Origin: an uncultured Alphaproteobacteria bacterium
Lineage (GTDB): Bacteria > Pseudomonadota > Alphaproteobacteria > Rhizobiales > Hyphomicrobiaceae
Assembly (NCBI GenBank): GCA_963774165.1
Contig: CAVZEC010000012.1
Coordinates: 375,089-439,088, forward strand
Direction: 5' to 3'
DNA: 64,000 nt
Every line of letters starts with the position of its first letter. Position 1 is the first letter of the stretch. Under the pieces are notes generated by a model. The model had not been told where the DNA came from. It saw nothing but the letters and a program-made list of their open reading frames with translations, and made no database searches. Of the stretch, positions 1 to 9,374 are shown in pieces. The translations under genes and the position numbers were made by a program.

Positions 1-1910
1 CGATCGGCCGGATCGGGCCCCTCGAGCACGGGATCGCCGACGCCGAAGAACGGCCGCGAGGCCACGCTGCCGCCGGGGAGCTTGCGCAGGGCGCTGAGCG
101 ACGGGATCGATGGCAGCACGCTCAGGGCGTAGCCGCGGATGAGCCACGCCGCGTCCCGCAGTGCCTCGGACGACGACGCGCTTCCCGCCGCCGGCGGCTC
201 GGTGACGAGCACCTGGAAGGGCAGGCTCGTGAGGGGCCCGGTCGGCACCACGATCAGATGCTTCTTGCCCGCGAACACCTCGGCGACCGGACCCAGCACG
301 CGCCTGTAGAGGGCATGCGCGCGCTCGAGATCGAAGCGCTGGACGATGCCCGCACGGCTGCCGGCTGCGCCCTCCGCGTCCTGCTGGGCCAGCGGATCGA
401 GCCCGTCGCGCAGCACCGACACCTCCTTGGCCAGCTCCTCGGTGCCGACATCGATCTGGGCCCAGCCCGTGCGCTCGCGCGTCACCGCCCAAACGAAGCT
501 CTTGGCGGAGCCGACCAGGATGGCAACCAGCGCCTCATCGGGCTTGAGCAATGCCTGCGTCTCGGCAACCGACTGCGGCTTTGGATCGGCAAGCGCCACG
601 TAGCTGGGGAACGCCGCGACGATGCGAGCGCGCGCCTGCCGCACGTCTTGCTCGGCGCGGTCGATCTCGTCGCGCAGGGCGGTGCGGCGGGCCGTGAATT
701 GCGCGTAGCCCGGCAGCGCCTTCTCCGCCGCCTCCATGCGCGCATGCACGGCCATGATCTCGCTCGAGCCGGCCGCCGTGACCTTCGACAGCTCGCCGAG
801 CTCGCGGGCGATCGCCTCGCGCTCACGGTCGCTCGACTCGCAGCCGGTCTTCTTCTGGCCCGGCGGACAGCGCTGCATCAAGGCCTGCAGGCTCGCGACC
901 AGCTCCGTCTGCCGCTTGATGGTCGGCGCCTGGTCCCGGCCGCGGGCGATGCTGGCGGCGCGGAATTCCTCCTGCAGCCCATTGTAGGCCGGGTTGGCGC
1001 GTTGCACCGCGCTCCAGTCGGCGAGCAGCTTGTTGTCGTCGGCATGCAGCCGCAGGATGCGCTCCGACAAGTCCTGGACATTGCGGATGGAGCGGCCGAG
1101 CTCCGTGTCGCCGGCGCCGATGCGCGCGGTCATCCTGGCAAGAGCCGAGGCGGCCGCGGTGTTCCACGCCTGCTGGCCCGCGGCAAAGGTCTCCTCGAAC
1201 AGGGCTGCCCGGTTGGTGGCCGGCTGATCCCGGCTCTGCCAGGCGGCGCGGCACAAGCCGATGAAGGTGTCGCGATGCCGCCTGATCTCGTCCTCGACGA
1301 TGGACTTGACGACGGTCTGCGAGGTGTCCTGGCCGGTCATCAGCCGGATCGCCTCGCGATAGGAGGCGAGCGCCGCCGACCAGTTGCCGCGCGCGAGGCT
1401 GACGTCGCCCAGGTTGGAATGCCCGCTCGCGGAGAACGCGTGGTCGCGCCCGATCAGGTCCTGGCGGATCTTGAGCACGCGCTTGAACAGGGGCTCGGCG
1501 GCATCAGGCTGGCCCATCTTGATGTGGATCGCGCCGAGGCTCTCCAGCGCCTGCGCGACGCCCGCGCTTTCGGGGCCGTACACCTTCTCGCGAATGCGCA
1601 CGGACTCCGCGTGGTATCGCTGAGCGGCGGGGAGGTTGCCGGCCTTCTCCGCGACCAGCCCCAGGCTCGTGTATTGGATGAGGGTCTGCTCGTGCTCGGG
1701 TCCGTACTGGCGGATCACAAGCGGCAACGCCTGCTCCGCCTTCTGCAGAGCGAGCGCGTAGTCGCCCGACCGGTAGAGTGCGTTGGTCGTCTCGCGCAGC
1801 TGGGTCAGCTCCGGCGACGGCTGCTGGGCCCGCGCCACGGGCGCACACGCCAGCATCGCGAGCATGAGAATTCCCAGGCTCAGCCACGGCAGTCTCGGCG
1901 CGATGGGCAT
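1..1910 (-). CDS. TPR-repeat / CHAT-domain protein, N-terminal ~636 codons (3' end lies beyond the window start)
   Basis: Absent from the ORF track because it runs off the window edge. Hand translation from the ATG at 1910 gives MPIAPRLPWLSLGILMLAMLACAPVARAQQ (signal peptide). TPR-like repeats follow (GDYALALQKAEQAL, GNLPAAQRYHAESVRIREKVYG, GQPDAAEPLFKRVLKIRQ). Near position 1 there is a CHAT-like stretch (KHLIVVPTGPLTSLPFQVLVTEPP ... YALSVLPSIPSLSAL). I saw no stop codon down to position 1. No listed minus-strand ORF uses this frame. Confidence 0.7.
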   Translation of the reverse strand, partial: MPIAPRLPWLSLGILMLAMLACAPVARAQQPSPELTQLRETTNALYRSGDYALALQKAEQALPLVIRQYGPEHEQTLIQYTSLGLVAEKAGNLPAAQRYHAESVRIREKVYGPESAGVAQALESLGAIHIKMGQPDAAEPLFKRVLKIRQDLIGRDHAFSASGHSNLGDVSLARGNWSAALASYREAIRLMTGQDTSQTVVKSIVEDEIRRHRDTFIGLCRAAWQSRDQPATNRAALFEETFAAGQQAWNTAAASALARMTARIGAGDTELGRSIRNVQDLSERILRLHADDNKLLADWSAVQRANPAYNGLQEEFRAASIARGRDQAPTIKRQTELVASLQALMQRCPPGQKKTGCESSDREREAIARELGELSKVTAAGSSEIMAVHARMEAAEKALPGYAQFTARRTALRDEIDRAEQDVRQARARIVAAFPSYVALADPKPQSVAETQALLKPDEALVAILVGSAKSFVWAVTRERTGWAQIDVGTEELAKEVSVLRDGLDPLAQQDAEGAAGSRAGIVQRFDLERAHALYRRVLGPVAEVFAGKKHLIVVPTGPLTSLPFQVLVTEPPAAGSASSSEALRDAAWLIRGYALSVLPSIPSLSALRKLPGGSVASRPFFGVGDPVLEGPDPAD

Positions 1911-1927
1911 GTTGCAGAACCTTCGGC

Positions 1928-2272
1928 TCACTTGTCGGGACAGCCGGTCGTCACATCGCCGGCTCGGGCCGCAGGCTTGCCGTTGATGAAAACGCCGCCG
2001 CCGCCACCGACCACGATGCCGCCGCAGCCGGTCCGGTCGCCGACGGTCGCGGCCGGGCGGCCGTTGATGGACACGTTGGGCGAGCCTTCGACGACGGCGC
2101 CCTCGCCGATCGTCGCATCGCCCTTGCGGGCGGCAGGCATGCCGCCGATCGACGTGTTGCCGCTCCCGCCGGTCACAACGCCGGGCACTTTCGGGGGGTC
2201 CTGAGCATCCGCTCCGCCAACGCAAACAGCGGCAAGAATTGCCGCGAGAGCGGCGACCGAGAAAGCGCGCAT
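1928..2272 (-). CDS. PAAR-like domain protein with N-terminal signal peptide
   Basis: The ORF 1928..2377 is trimmed to the internal ATG at 2272, which is preceded by a GGGAG Shine-Dalgarno sequence. The signal-like N-terminus is MRAFSVAALAAILAAVCVGGADA. Three PAAR-type motifs follow (GMPAARKGD, GRPAATVGD, GKPAARAGD) within a Gly-rich beta-type sequence. The stop lies 17 nt upstream of the TPR-CHAT start. Confidence 0.7.
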   Translation of the reverse strand: MRAFSVAALAAILAAVCVGGADAQDPPKVPGVVTGGSGNTSIGGMPAARKGDATIGEGAVVEGSPNVSINGRPAATVGDRTGCGGIVVGGGGGVFINGKPAARAGDVTTGCPDK

Positions 2273-2510
2273 GATGAACTCCCGCATGACGACGGCCCCC
2301 GAGAATTGCCCGACCCCGACCCTATTCAACAGGCCAATCTTGGATCGCTTGTGGCGGAAAAAGCCATTGGAGCGCAACGGCCGGCATCTTTCGGCAGCAA
2401 TCCGAGCGGCGGGTCAAGAGCGCGAAGGAAGACAATCGGTTGCCCTTGCCACCGCCGGATGCCACCTTCCGGCGCCTCGTGTCGTGACTCTTTCGCTTGG
2501 CTCCCGGGTT

Positions 2511-2627
2511 TGTCATGGTCGGGCTTGTCCCGACCATCCATCCAAACGCTTGCTCCGGCATTCGAGGATGGCTGGATCCTCGGGACACTCGGAACAAGTC
2601 CGAGTGCAAGCAAGCCCGAGGATGACA
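2511..2627. repeat. MITE/REP-like palindromic element (TGTCAT...GGATGGCTGGATCC...GATGACA family)
   Basis: The termini are inverted (tgtcatggtcgggcttg ... caagcccgaggatgaca). The internal core ggatggctggatcc is shared with the element at 49348..49439. It is intergenic, between the divergent PAAR-like gene and the 2675 ORF. Confidence 0.6.
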
Positions 2628-2674
2628 GCGGGAGTCATCTGTTGGAACCGGAAGACTGGGATGGAGACGAACCA

Positions 2675-3250
2675 ATGAGCACCGCAGACCCCAACCTCGT
2701 GATCGTGACGGGCGAGAACCCCTTCATCAGGCTGAGCCCTACCGACAGCGACAACTACACCACCAACGCCAGCTTCTGGCGCATCCTCTTCTCGCCCGCA
2801 GGACCCGGACACGTGCTCTATCTCAAGAGCGAGCTCACCGAGAACCGCTGGCGCATCTGGTCCGACAACATCGCCATGGCGCGCTGGCTGCAAACCACCG
2901 TGCAGGGCATGCTGAATGCGGAGCTGCTGGACACTACCATTCCCGTCACGGATGCCGAGTTCAGCAAATCCGGCGATCCGCGCTATTTCTGGACCGAGCG
3001 GGCGGTGGCGCGGGGCGAGGACGTGGCCCTCACGTGGCACGATATCGGCGATCCCCTGCTGATCCACACCCAGCCGAACGCCGGCGGGCGCCGCTATGGC
3101 GTGTGCACGGTTCTCATCCCCGCCCTCGGCGCGCGCTTGACGCGCAACGGCGTCCAGGCCGCAGGCAAGCCCTGGAAGCGGGAGCGGGAGGGCCGGCCCT
3201 TCAGCACCAGTGCGCTGGCGTTCTCCGAGAGCTGGACCGACGCCAGATAG
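2675..3250 (+). CDS. hypothetical protein (191 aa)
   Basis: This is the in-frame ATG at 2675 within ORF 2306..3250. The upstream part of that ORF crosses the repeat element and looks non-coding. The sequence from MSTADPNLVIVTGENPFIRLSPTD has a balanced composition and high GC3. I recognise no family. Confidence 0.55.
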   Translation: MSTADPNLVIVTGENPFIRLSPTDSDNYTTNASFWRILFSPAGPGHVLYLKSELTENRWRIWSDNIAMARWLQTTVQGMLNAELLDTTIPVTDAEFSKSGDPRYFWTERAVARGEDVALTWHDIGDPLLIHTQPNAGGRRYGVCTVLIPALGARLTRNGVQAAGKPWKREREGRPFSTSALAFSESWTDAR

Positions 3251-3276
3251 GCGCTCCCGTGACCGGCGAGGGCTGA

Positions 3277-4198
3277 GTGACCGACGAAGCCGATTGGGTC
3301 GCCGTCGATTGGGGCACGTCCAACCTGCGGGCGTGGGGGATCGGCGCGGGCGGCGAAGTCGTGTTCGCGCGCACGTCCGATCAGGGCATGAGCAAGCTCG
3401 CGCCCGACGCCTACGCGGGCGTCCTCGGCGGCCTGCTCGCGGGCGACTTCCGTGCGAGCGGTCCGCCGATCGACGTGCTGATCTGCGGCATGGCAGGCGC
3501 TCGGCAGGGATGGAGGGAGGCGCCCTATCTCGATGCGCCGGCCGACCTCGACGCCCTGGTAACGGCTGCGGTCGCTCCGGCCATGCCAGCCGCACGCTTC
3601 TCGCCGCGCATCCTTCCGGGCGTCTGCCAGCGGGCCGCCGGCGCCGAGGACGTCATGCGGGGCGAGGAGACGCAGCTGCTCGGCCTCGGGGCGCTTCGGC
3701 CCGGGTTCGACGGCGTCGTGTGCATGCCGGGCACCCATTCCAAGTGGGTGCAGCTGAGCGGGCGGCGCGTGGAGCGCTTCACGACCGCCATGACCGGCGA
3801 GCTGTTCGAGGTCTTGCGCACGCATTCCGTGTTGCGGCATTCGTTCGCCGGGCCTCTGCAGGGCCCCGATCGCGAGCCCGGGTTCCAGGCCGGGCTGGCC
3901 GCGGGCATCGAAGCGCCGCAAAAGCTGCCGGCTGCACTCTTCAAGGTTCGCGCGGGCTCTCTGCTCTCGGGCCGAACGCCCGATTGGTGCGCCGGTTTCC
4001 TCTCGGGCCTGCTGATCGGCACGGAGATCGGCGGCGCAGCGCGATTGGATCGGCGGGAGCGAGGTCGCCATTGTCGGCGATGCGGGACTAGCCGGCCTGT
4101 ATTCGCAGGGCGTGGCGATGATGGGCGGCAAGGCGCGGATCATCGACGGGGCCGAGGCGACGCTTGCCGGCCTGAAGACGGCGAGGCAACAGGGCTAA
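3277..4198 (+). pseudogene. dgoK: 2-dehydro-3-deoxygalactonokinase, interrupted by a +1 frameshift near 4039
   Basis: The N-terminal 254 codons match DgoK (AVDWGTSNLRAW, MRGEETQLLG, MPGTHSKWVQL, ELFEVLRTHS, FLSGLLIGTEIGGA). After GGA the family-like C-terminus (RDWIGGSEVAIVGDAGLAGLYSQGVAMMGGKARIIDGAEATLAGLKTARQQG, stop at 4196-4198) continues in the next frame. In the original frame the ORF runs into R-rich nonsense. Confidence 0.85.
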
Positions 4199-4222
4199 TT
4201 CGAGGCGCGCGAGGGAAGTCCC

Positions 4223-4841
4223 ATGACGAAAGACCATCGGCATCTCATCGCCATCCTGCGGGGCATCACCCCCGAAGAAGCGATCGCCGTTTGCGAGGCG
4301 CTGGTCCAGGCGGGCATCGCGATGATCGAGGTGCCGCTCAACTCGCCCCGGCCCATCGAGTTCGATCGGCGCCGCCGCGAAAGCCTTCGCGGGCCGGGCG
4401 CGTGTCGGCGCCGGCACGGTGCTCGGCGAGGACGAGGTGGAGGCCGTCGCCGAGGCGGGCGGCGCCTTCGTCGTCTCGCCCGACTGCAACGAAGGCGTCA
4501 TCGCGCGCACGCTCGCCCGCGGCCTGCGATCGTATCCGGGGGTGTTCTCGCCGACGGAGGCGTTCCGAGCCATCAGGGCCGGGGCGCACGGACTGAAGCT
4601 CTTTCCCGCGGAGGTGCTGGGCGCCAAAGGCATCAAGGCCATGAAGGCCGTGCTGCCCCCCGAGGTTCCTCTGTACGCCGTCGGCGGCGCTGCGCCTGAG
4701 AACTTCCATGAGTTCGTTGCCGCCGGCTGCACCGGTTTCGGCATCGGCAGCTATCTCTACAAGCCCGGCATGACCGTGACCGAGATCGCCACCCGCGCTG
4801 AAAAAGTCGTCGCCGCCTACGACAAGGCGACGAAGCCCTAA
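4223..4841 (+). pseudogene. dgoA: 2-dehydro-3-deoxy-6-phosphogalactonate aldolase, interrupted by a +1 frameshift at ~4361
   Basis: The N-terminal part (LIAILRGITPEEAIAVCEALVQAGIAMIEVPLNSPRPIE) is in the frame of 4223. The continuation SIGAAAKAFAGRARVGAGTVLGEDEVEAVAEAGGAFVVSP...FPAEVLG...AVGG is in the frame of ORF 4419..4841. There is an extra T in gagTTcg at 4361-4362. Confidence 0.85.
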
Positions 4842-4869
4842 GTCGGCCGGATCAGGCGGCGACCTGTCC

Positions 4870-5895
4870 CTATCCCTTGCCGGGCTCGGGACCCAGCTTC
4901 ACCTGCAGCTTGCCGAAGTTCTCCCCGCGCAGCAGCCCGATGAAGGCACGCGGCGCCTTGTCGATGCCCTCGACGATGTCTTCCTTGTATTTGACGCGTC
5001 CCGACCGGATCCACTCGCCCATCTGGCGCATCGCCGGACCGTACTTGGATGCAAAGTCCGAGACGATGAAGCCGCGCATGCTCACGCGCCGGCCGACGAA
5101 CAGGCCGAGCAGCCGCGGCCCCATCTCCGCCGCGCCCGCGTTGTACTGCGAGATCGAGCCGCACAGCGACACGCGGGCGAAGAAGTTGAGGTTGACGAAC
5201 ACGGCGTCGCTCACGACACCGCCGACATTGTCGAAATATACGTCGACGCCATTGGGACAGGCGGCCTTGATGGCGGCGCCGAGGTCCTTGCCGGCCTTGT
5301 AGTCGATGCACTCGTCGAGACCGAGGGTCTCCTTGACGAAGGCGCATTTCCTGGACCCGCCGGCGATGCCGACCACGCGGCATCCCGCGATCTTCGCCAG
5401 CTGTCCGACGACCTGCCCCACGGCGCCGGAGGCTGCCGACACGACTACGGTCTCGCCCGCCTTGGGCTGCCCGACCTCGAACAGGCCGAAGTAGGCGGTC
5501 ATGCCGGGCATGCCCAGCACGCCGTTGGCCGTGGAGATCGGCGCGAGAGAAGGATCGATCTTGCGCAACGTCGCGCCGCCGATGGCGTATTCCTGCCAGC
5601 CCAACCGGTCCTCGACGATGTCTCCGACCTTCAAGCCGGGATGGCTCGATTTCACCACCTCACCCACGGTGCCGCCCGTCATCACCTCGCCGATGCCGAC
5701 GGGTGGCGCATAGGACGCGACGTCGCGCATGCGGCCGCGCATGTAGGGATCGAGCGACATGTAGACGACGCGCACGAGTGCCTGGCCGGGACCCGGCTCC
5801 GGCATCGGCGCTTCCTCGATGCGGAAATCTGTCTCGGCCGGCTCAGCCGGCGGCCGACGGGCGAGAACGACGCGGCGATAGGTCTTGGGGATCAT
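4870..5895 (-). CDS. NADP-dependent oxidoreductase, medium-chain dehydrogenase/reductase family (CurA/YncB-like)
   Basis: Intact 341-aa ORF. The MDR layout includes LVRVVYMSLDPYMRGRM and the nucleotide-binding stretch VVVSAASGAVGQVVGQLAKIAGCRVVGIAG. Confidence 0.85.
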   Translation of the reverse strand: MIPKTYRRVVLARRPPAEPAETDFRIEEAPMPEPGPGQALVRVVYMSLDPYMRGRMRDVASYAPPVGIGEVMTGGTVGEVVKSSHPGLKVGDIVEDRLGWQEYAIGGATLRKIDPSLAPISTANGVLGMPGMTAYFGLFEVGQPKAGETVVVSAASGAVGQVVGQLAKIAGCRVVGIAGGSRKCAFVKETLGLDECIDYKAGKDLGAAIKAACPNGVDVYFDNVGGVVSDAVFVNLNFFARVSLCGSISQYNAGAAEMGPRLLGLFVGRRVSMRGFIVSDFASKYGPAMRQMGEWIRSGRVKYKEDIVEGIDKAPRAFIGLLRGENFGKLQVKLGPEPGKG

Positions 5896-6148
5896 CGTCT
5901 TTCTCCGGGTGGCAGGGCCAAAATATTCGCACTATCCCCCGAGCCGGTCGAGTATTCCGATCCCCGGGGCTTTCGCTGTCTCGCGGGCGACCGGCTCGGC
6001 TGCCGCGCCGCCGGTGCATGGCTTGCGGCCTTGTCGCTGCACAAAGCGCGTGCAATGTGGCCCCGGTCATTGCGGCGGTCGCATTCGATCAAGGCGCCGG
6101 CCGCGCGCTCCACCCCGACCCGCGGCGCAACCGACGAAAGTCCCGCAC

Positions 6149-7084
6149 GTGCCTACCTTCTTCCGATCGCAGGCGGCGGCCTACCTCCTGCTGCCTCTGG
6201 CAGCTGCGTGCTGGGCGGGAAACCACGTGTCGGCACGCGCGATCGCCGGACACGCGCCACCGGCGACCGTCTCGCTTGTGCGCTGGATGGTGGTGTTCGT
6301 GGTGGTCACCGCGCTTGCCTGGCCGCAAATCCGGGCCGACCTGCCCAAGCTCAGGGCCAAAGCCGGGGTCATGGTGTTCCTGTCGCTGGTCGGCGGCGCG
6401 GCCTTCGGCACCCTGCAGTTCGTGGCGCTGCAGTACACCACCGCCCTCAACATGGGCGTGGTCGGCTCCGTGGCACCGGCGTTCATCGTCGCCGCGAGCT
6501 ATCTGCTGTTCCGCGACGGGCTCGGGCCCATCCAGCTGTTCGGGGTCGCCCTGTCGCTGGTCGGAGTGCTGGCGATCATCACCCAGCTCCATCCCGAGCG
6601 CCTGCTCGCTCTGAGCTTCAACGGCGGCGATCTCATCATCCTCGTCAACATGGTGTTCTGGGGGACCTACTGCGCGTGCCTGCGCCTGCGGCCGGCGGTC
6701 AGCTCCATGAGCTTCCTGTTCGCGCTGGCACCCATCTCCGCCATCGGCACCTTTCCGTTTGCCGCGTGGGAATATGCGGCGGGCTACCATCTGCCGGCCG
6801 ATGCGCTGACCGTGGGCGTGGTGCTGTACTCGGCGCTGTTCACCAGCCTGCTGGCCTACGTGGCCTGGAACCGCGGCATCGATCTCATTGGCGCGCCGCG
6901 TGCCAGCGCGTTCCTGCACACGATCCCGTTGTTCGCCGCCGTGTTCGCCACGACGCTGCTCGGAGAGCGGCTCATGCTCTACCACATCGTCGGCTTCGCC
7001 CTGATCCTCGCCGGTGTGACTTTGGCAGCCCGGCCGTCCGGCAAGCCGCAGGCCGCCGTCTTCGCGCGCGATCCCGCCGCCTGA
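6149..7084 (+). CDS. DMT superfamily (EamA-like) transporter
   Basis: The C-terminal ~310 codons of ORF 5885..7084 form about ten hydrophobic segments with the EamA duplication pattern. The start is set at the in-frame GTG at 6149, just before the first TM segment. This start is uncertain. Confidence 0.75.
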   Translation: MPTFFRSQAAAYLLLPLAAACWAGNHVSARAIAGHAPPATVSLVRWMVVFVVVTALAWPQIRADLPKLRAKAGVMVFLSLVGGAAFGTLQFVALQYTTALNMGVVGSVAPAFIVAASYLLFRDGLGPIQLFGVALSLVGVLAIITQLHPERLLALSFNGGDLIILVNMVFWGTYCACLRLRPAVSSMSFLFALAPISAIGTFPFAAWEYAAGYHLPADALTVGVVLYSALFTSLLAYVAWNRGIDLIGAPRASAFLHTIPLFAAVFATTLLGERLMLYHIVGFALILAGVTLAARPSGKPQAAVFARDPAA

Positions 7085-7112
7085 AGCACAGGCGATGGCG
7101 CCGGCGAGATCG

Positions 7113-7481
7113 TCAGAGCAGGTCGGTGGCGGCGAGCTTGGCGCGCAGCGCTTCGCGATCGAAAGGCTTGAGGAGGTAGTCGTCGGCGCCCGCCGTCAGC
7201 GCGCGTGCGATCTCGGTTGGATCGTTGTCGGTGGCGCAGTAGATCACCACCGGCATCCGCTTGCCGTCGGCGAGCACGCGCAGCGAGGTCAGGAACTCCA
7301 CCGTCGCCATGGGCGGGATGTGGCTGTCGAGCAGGATCGCATCCGGCATCGCCACGGCGCAGATATCGAGCGCATCCTCGCCGCTTTCCGCCTCGGTCGA
7401 CTCGAAGCCGAGGTTCTCGAAGATGCGGCGCGCGACCTTCCTCACCACCTCGGAATCATCGACGACAAGGCAGCTTTTCAT
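7113..7481 (-). CDS. single-domain response regulator (CheY-like receiver)
   Basis: MKSCLVVDDSEVVRKVARRIFENLGF...AILLDSHIP...DDYLLKPF contains the acidic pocket, the phospho-acceptor Asp and the conserved Lys of a receiver domain. There is no output domain. The start is taken at the second ATG of ORF 7113..7505. Confidence 0.85.
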   Translation of the reverse strand: MKSCLVVDDSEVVRKVARRIFENLGFESTEAESGEDALDICAVAMPDAILLDSHIPPMATVEFLTSLRVLADGKRMPVVIYCATDNDPTEIARALTAGADDYLLKPFDREALRAKLAATDLL

Positions 7482-7624
7482 GCGGACCTCGGCAGCGGCT
7501 TGCAATCTTGCGGTAGCGGTCGGATAGCCAACAGCGGGCGCGACCCTGCTGACAATTCGTTAAAGTTGCCCTGTCGGCACTCCCTCTTCCCATTCGGAAG
7601 AAGAGCAGGGAGAGGGGAAGACCC

Positions 7625-8269
7625 TCAGGCCAGGGTCCTGGCGGTCAGGACGATGTCGGCGCCGTCCTTCTGGATGTCCAGCCGCATCCGCGAGGATGCC
7701 GCGAGCCGCCACGTATAGTAGGCCTGGATCGACATGGCATCGAGTTGCGGCGGCTGTCCGCCGGAGACGTAGTCGGTGAGATACTGGGGCGGGCGGGCCG
7801 CGGTGCCCTGGCAGCGCAGCCGGAAGCTCGGCCGGTCGAGGGTGTCGGCGATGCTCACCTCGATCTCGCCGCCGCGCGGCAGCGCAGTGATGGCGCTGGC
7901 GATCAGGTTGAGAAGCAGCTTCACCTTGTCCTTGGCCATGTAGCCGGGCTTGCCGCGCCAGACGAGCTTGTGCTTGCCCTGGCCGACCAGGCCACGGCTG
8001 ATCTGCTCGGCCGTACCGAGCTCGATCTGGGCACCCGCGGACCCCGCGGCGCCGAAGGCGAAGCGCGCAAACTGCAACCGGGCGGATGCCTGCTGCGTGA
8101 CGTTGCGGATGACGTCCATCGCGTAGTTCTTGGCTTCCGCGTCGTCGTCCTCGTCGAGGATCTCCAGGCCGTTGTAGATGGCGCCGACGGGACCGATCAC
8201 GTCGTGGCAGATCTTGCTCGAAATCAGGGCGGCAAGCTCGAGATCGGTCGGCTGGGCGCGCTCGGTCAT
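7625..8269 (-). CDS. chpT: histidine phosphotransferase ChpT
   Basis: The ChpT signature LISSKICHDVIGPVGAIYNGLEILDED is followed by a degenerate CA-like domain. Length is 214 aa. The genomic pairing with a receiver gene is typical of alphaproteobacteria. Confidence 0.85.
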   Translation of the reverse strand: MTERAQPTDLELAALISSKICHDVIGPVGAIYNGLEILDEDDDAEAKNYAMDVIRNVTQQASARLQFARFAFGAAGSAGAQIELGTAEQISRGLVGQGKHKLVWRGKPGYMAKDKVKLLLNLIASAITALPRGGEIEVSIADTLDRPSFRLRCQGTAARPPQYLTDYVSGGQPPQLDAMSIQAYYTWRLAASSRMRLDIQKDGADIVLTARTLA

Positions 8270-8530
8270 CAGAAGACCTCTGTTCTTTTTGGCTTCGAGG
8301 GCGGGGCCGGCCGCTCACGAGAAAAGCGCACGCCACGCTGGCCAACAGAACCGCTTTGCGCAAAGGCCATGCCTTGATACATGCTTCGCGCGCCGGCTCC
8401 AAGGGCTACGACTCAGCGCTGCTCAAGTGGGCAGCTGAAAGTATTGCTTTTGAGTCACTACGCCCGCATGCAATGTCACATTCACGTACGGCCAACGGGG
8501 GCTCAGGCGCGAATCACGAAAGCGGGCAAG

Positions 8531-9355
8531 ATGCAGGCAAGCGAAATCCGTCGTCTCGCCGAGGGCCTCCTGAGCGTGGCCCTTGCGGCGGCGCGAGTGC
8601 AGATGGCGCACTTCGGCACGGGTGTGGCGGTCGAGAAGAAGGCCGACCAGAGCCCCGTGACGGCTGCCGACCAGCAATCGGAGGAGATCATCCTGGCCGG
8701 GCTGGGAAGGATTGCGCCCGGCGTGCCCGTCATCGCCGAGGAGGAGGTGGCGGCCGGCCGCATCCCCGACATCGCCGGCGCCTTCTTCCTGGTCGATCCC
8801 CTCGACGGCACCAAGGGCTTCATCAAGGGGAGGCCGGAGTTCACCATCAACATCGGCCTGATCGAGGCGCGGGTGCCGGTGTTCGGGCTCCTCTATGCGC
8901 CGGCGCTGGCCGACTTCTACGTGACGCTGGGGCCGGAGGAGACAGTCAACGCCAGGCTCGAGCCGGAAGCGAAGGCGAGCCGCCTCGCCGATTGCGATTG
9001 GCGGCCTTTGCGCGGCCGGGTGCCCGATCCGCACGCGCTGGTGGCGCTGACCAGCCAGTCGCACCTCAACCGCGCGACCGAGGGCTTCCTCAACGGCTAC
9101 AACGTGATCGAGCGGCGCGCGCTGTCCTCCTCGCTGAAATTCGGCCTGATCGCCAAGGGCGAGGCGGACGTCTATCCGCGCGTCGGCCCGACCTGCGAAT
9201 GGGATACCGCCGCCGGCCATGCCGTGCTGGTGGCGGCGGGCGGTGCAGTCACGGCGATCGACGGCTCGCCCCTGCTCTACGGCAACGCCGACCGCCGCTT
9301 CGAGAACCCGGACTTCGTGGCCTGGGGGCGCACACCTCTGGCTCGGGTACGGTAA
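8531..9355 (+). CDS. cysQ: 3'(2'),5'-bisphosphate nucleotidase / inositol monophosphatase family
   Basis: IMPase motifs are present (SPVTAADQQSE, FLVDPLDGTKGF, WDTAAGHAVL). The start is at the ATG at 8531 inside ORF 8381..9355. Confidence 0.85.
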   Translation: MQASEIRRLAEGLLSVALAAARVQMAHFGTGVAVEKKADQSPVTAADQQSEEIILAGLGRIAPGVPVIAEEEVAAGRIPDIAGAFFLVDPLDGTKGFIKGRPEFTINIGLIEARVPVFGLLYAPALADFYVTLGPEETVNARLEPEAKASRLADCDWRPLRGRVPDPHALVALTSQSHLNRATEGFLNGYNVIERRALSSSLKFGLIAKGEADVYPRVGPTCEWDTAAGHAVLVAAGGAVTAIDGSPLLYGNADRRFENPDFVAWGRTPLARVR

Positions 9356-9374
9356 GGCGCAAGGGCCGCGCGAC

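Noticed and set aside
258-2204. 648-aa plus-strand ORF, the longest listed ORF in the first 2 kb
   Set aside because: Its composition is Arg/Leu/Gly/Ala-rich with no recognisable motifs. It is the antisense shadow of the minus-strand TPR-CHAT and PAAR-like genes, which give family-like translations.
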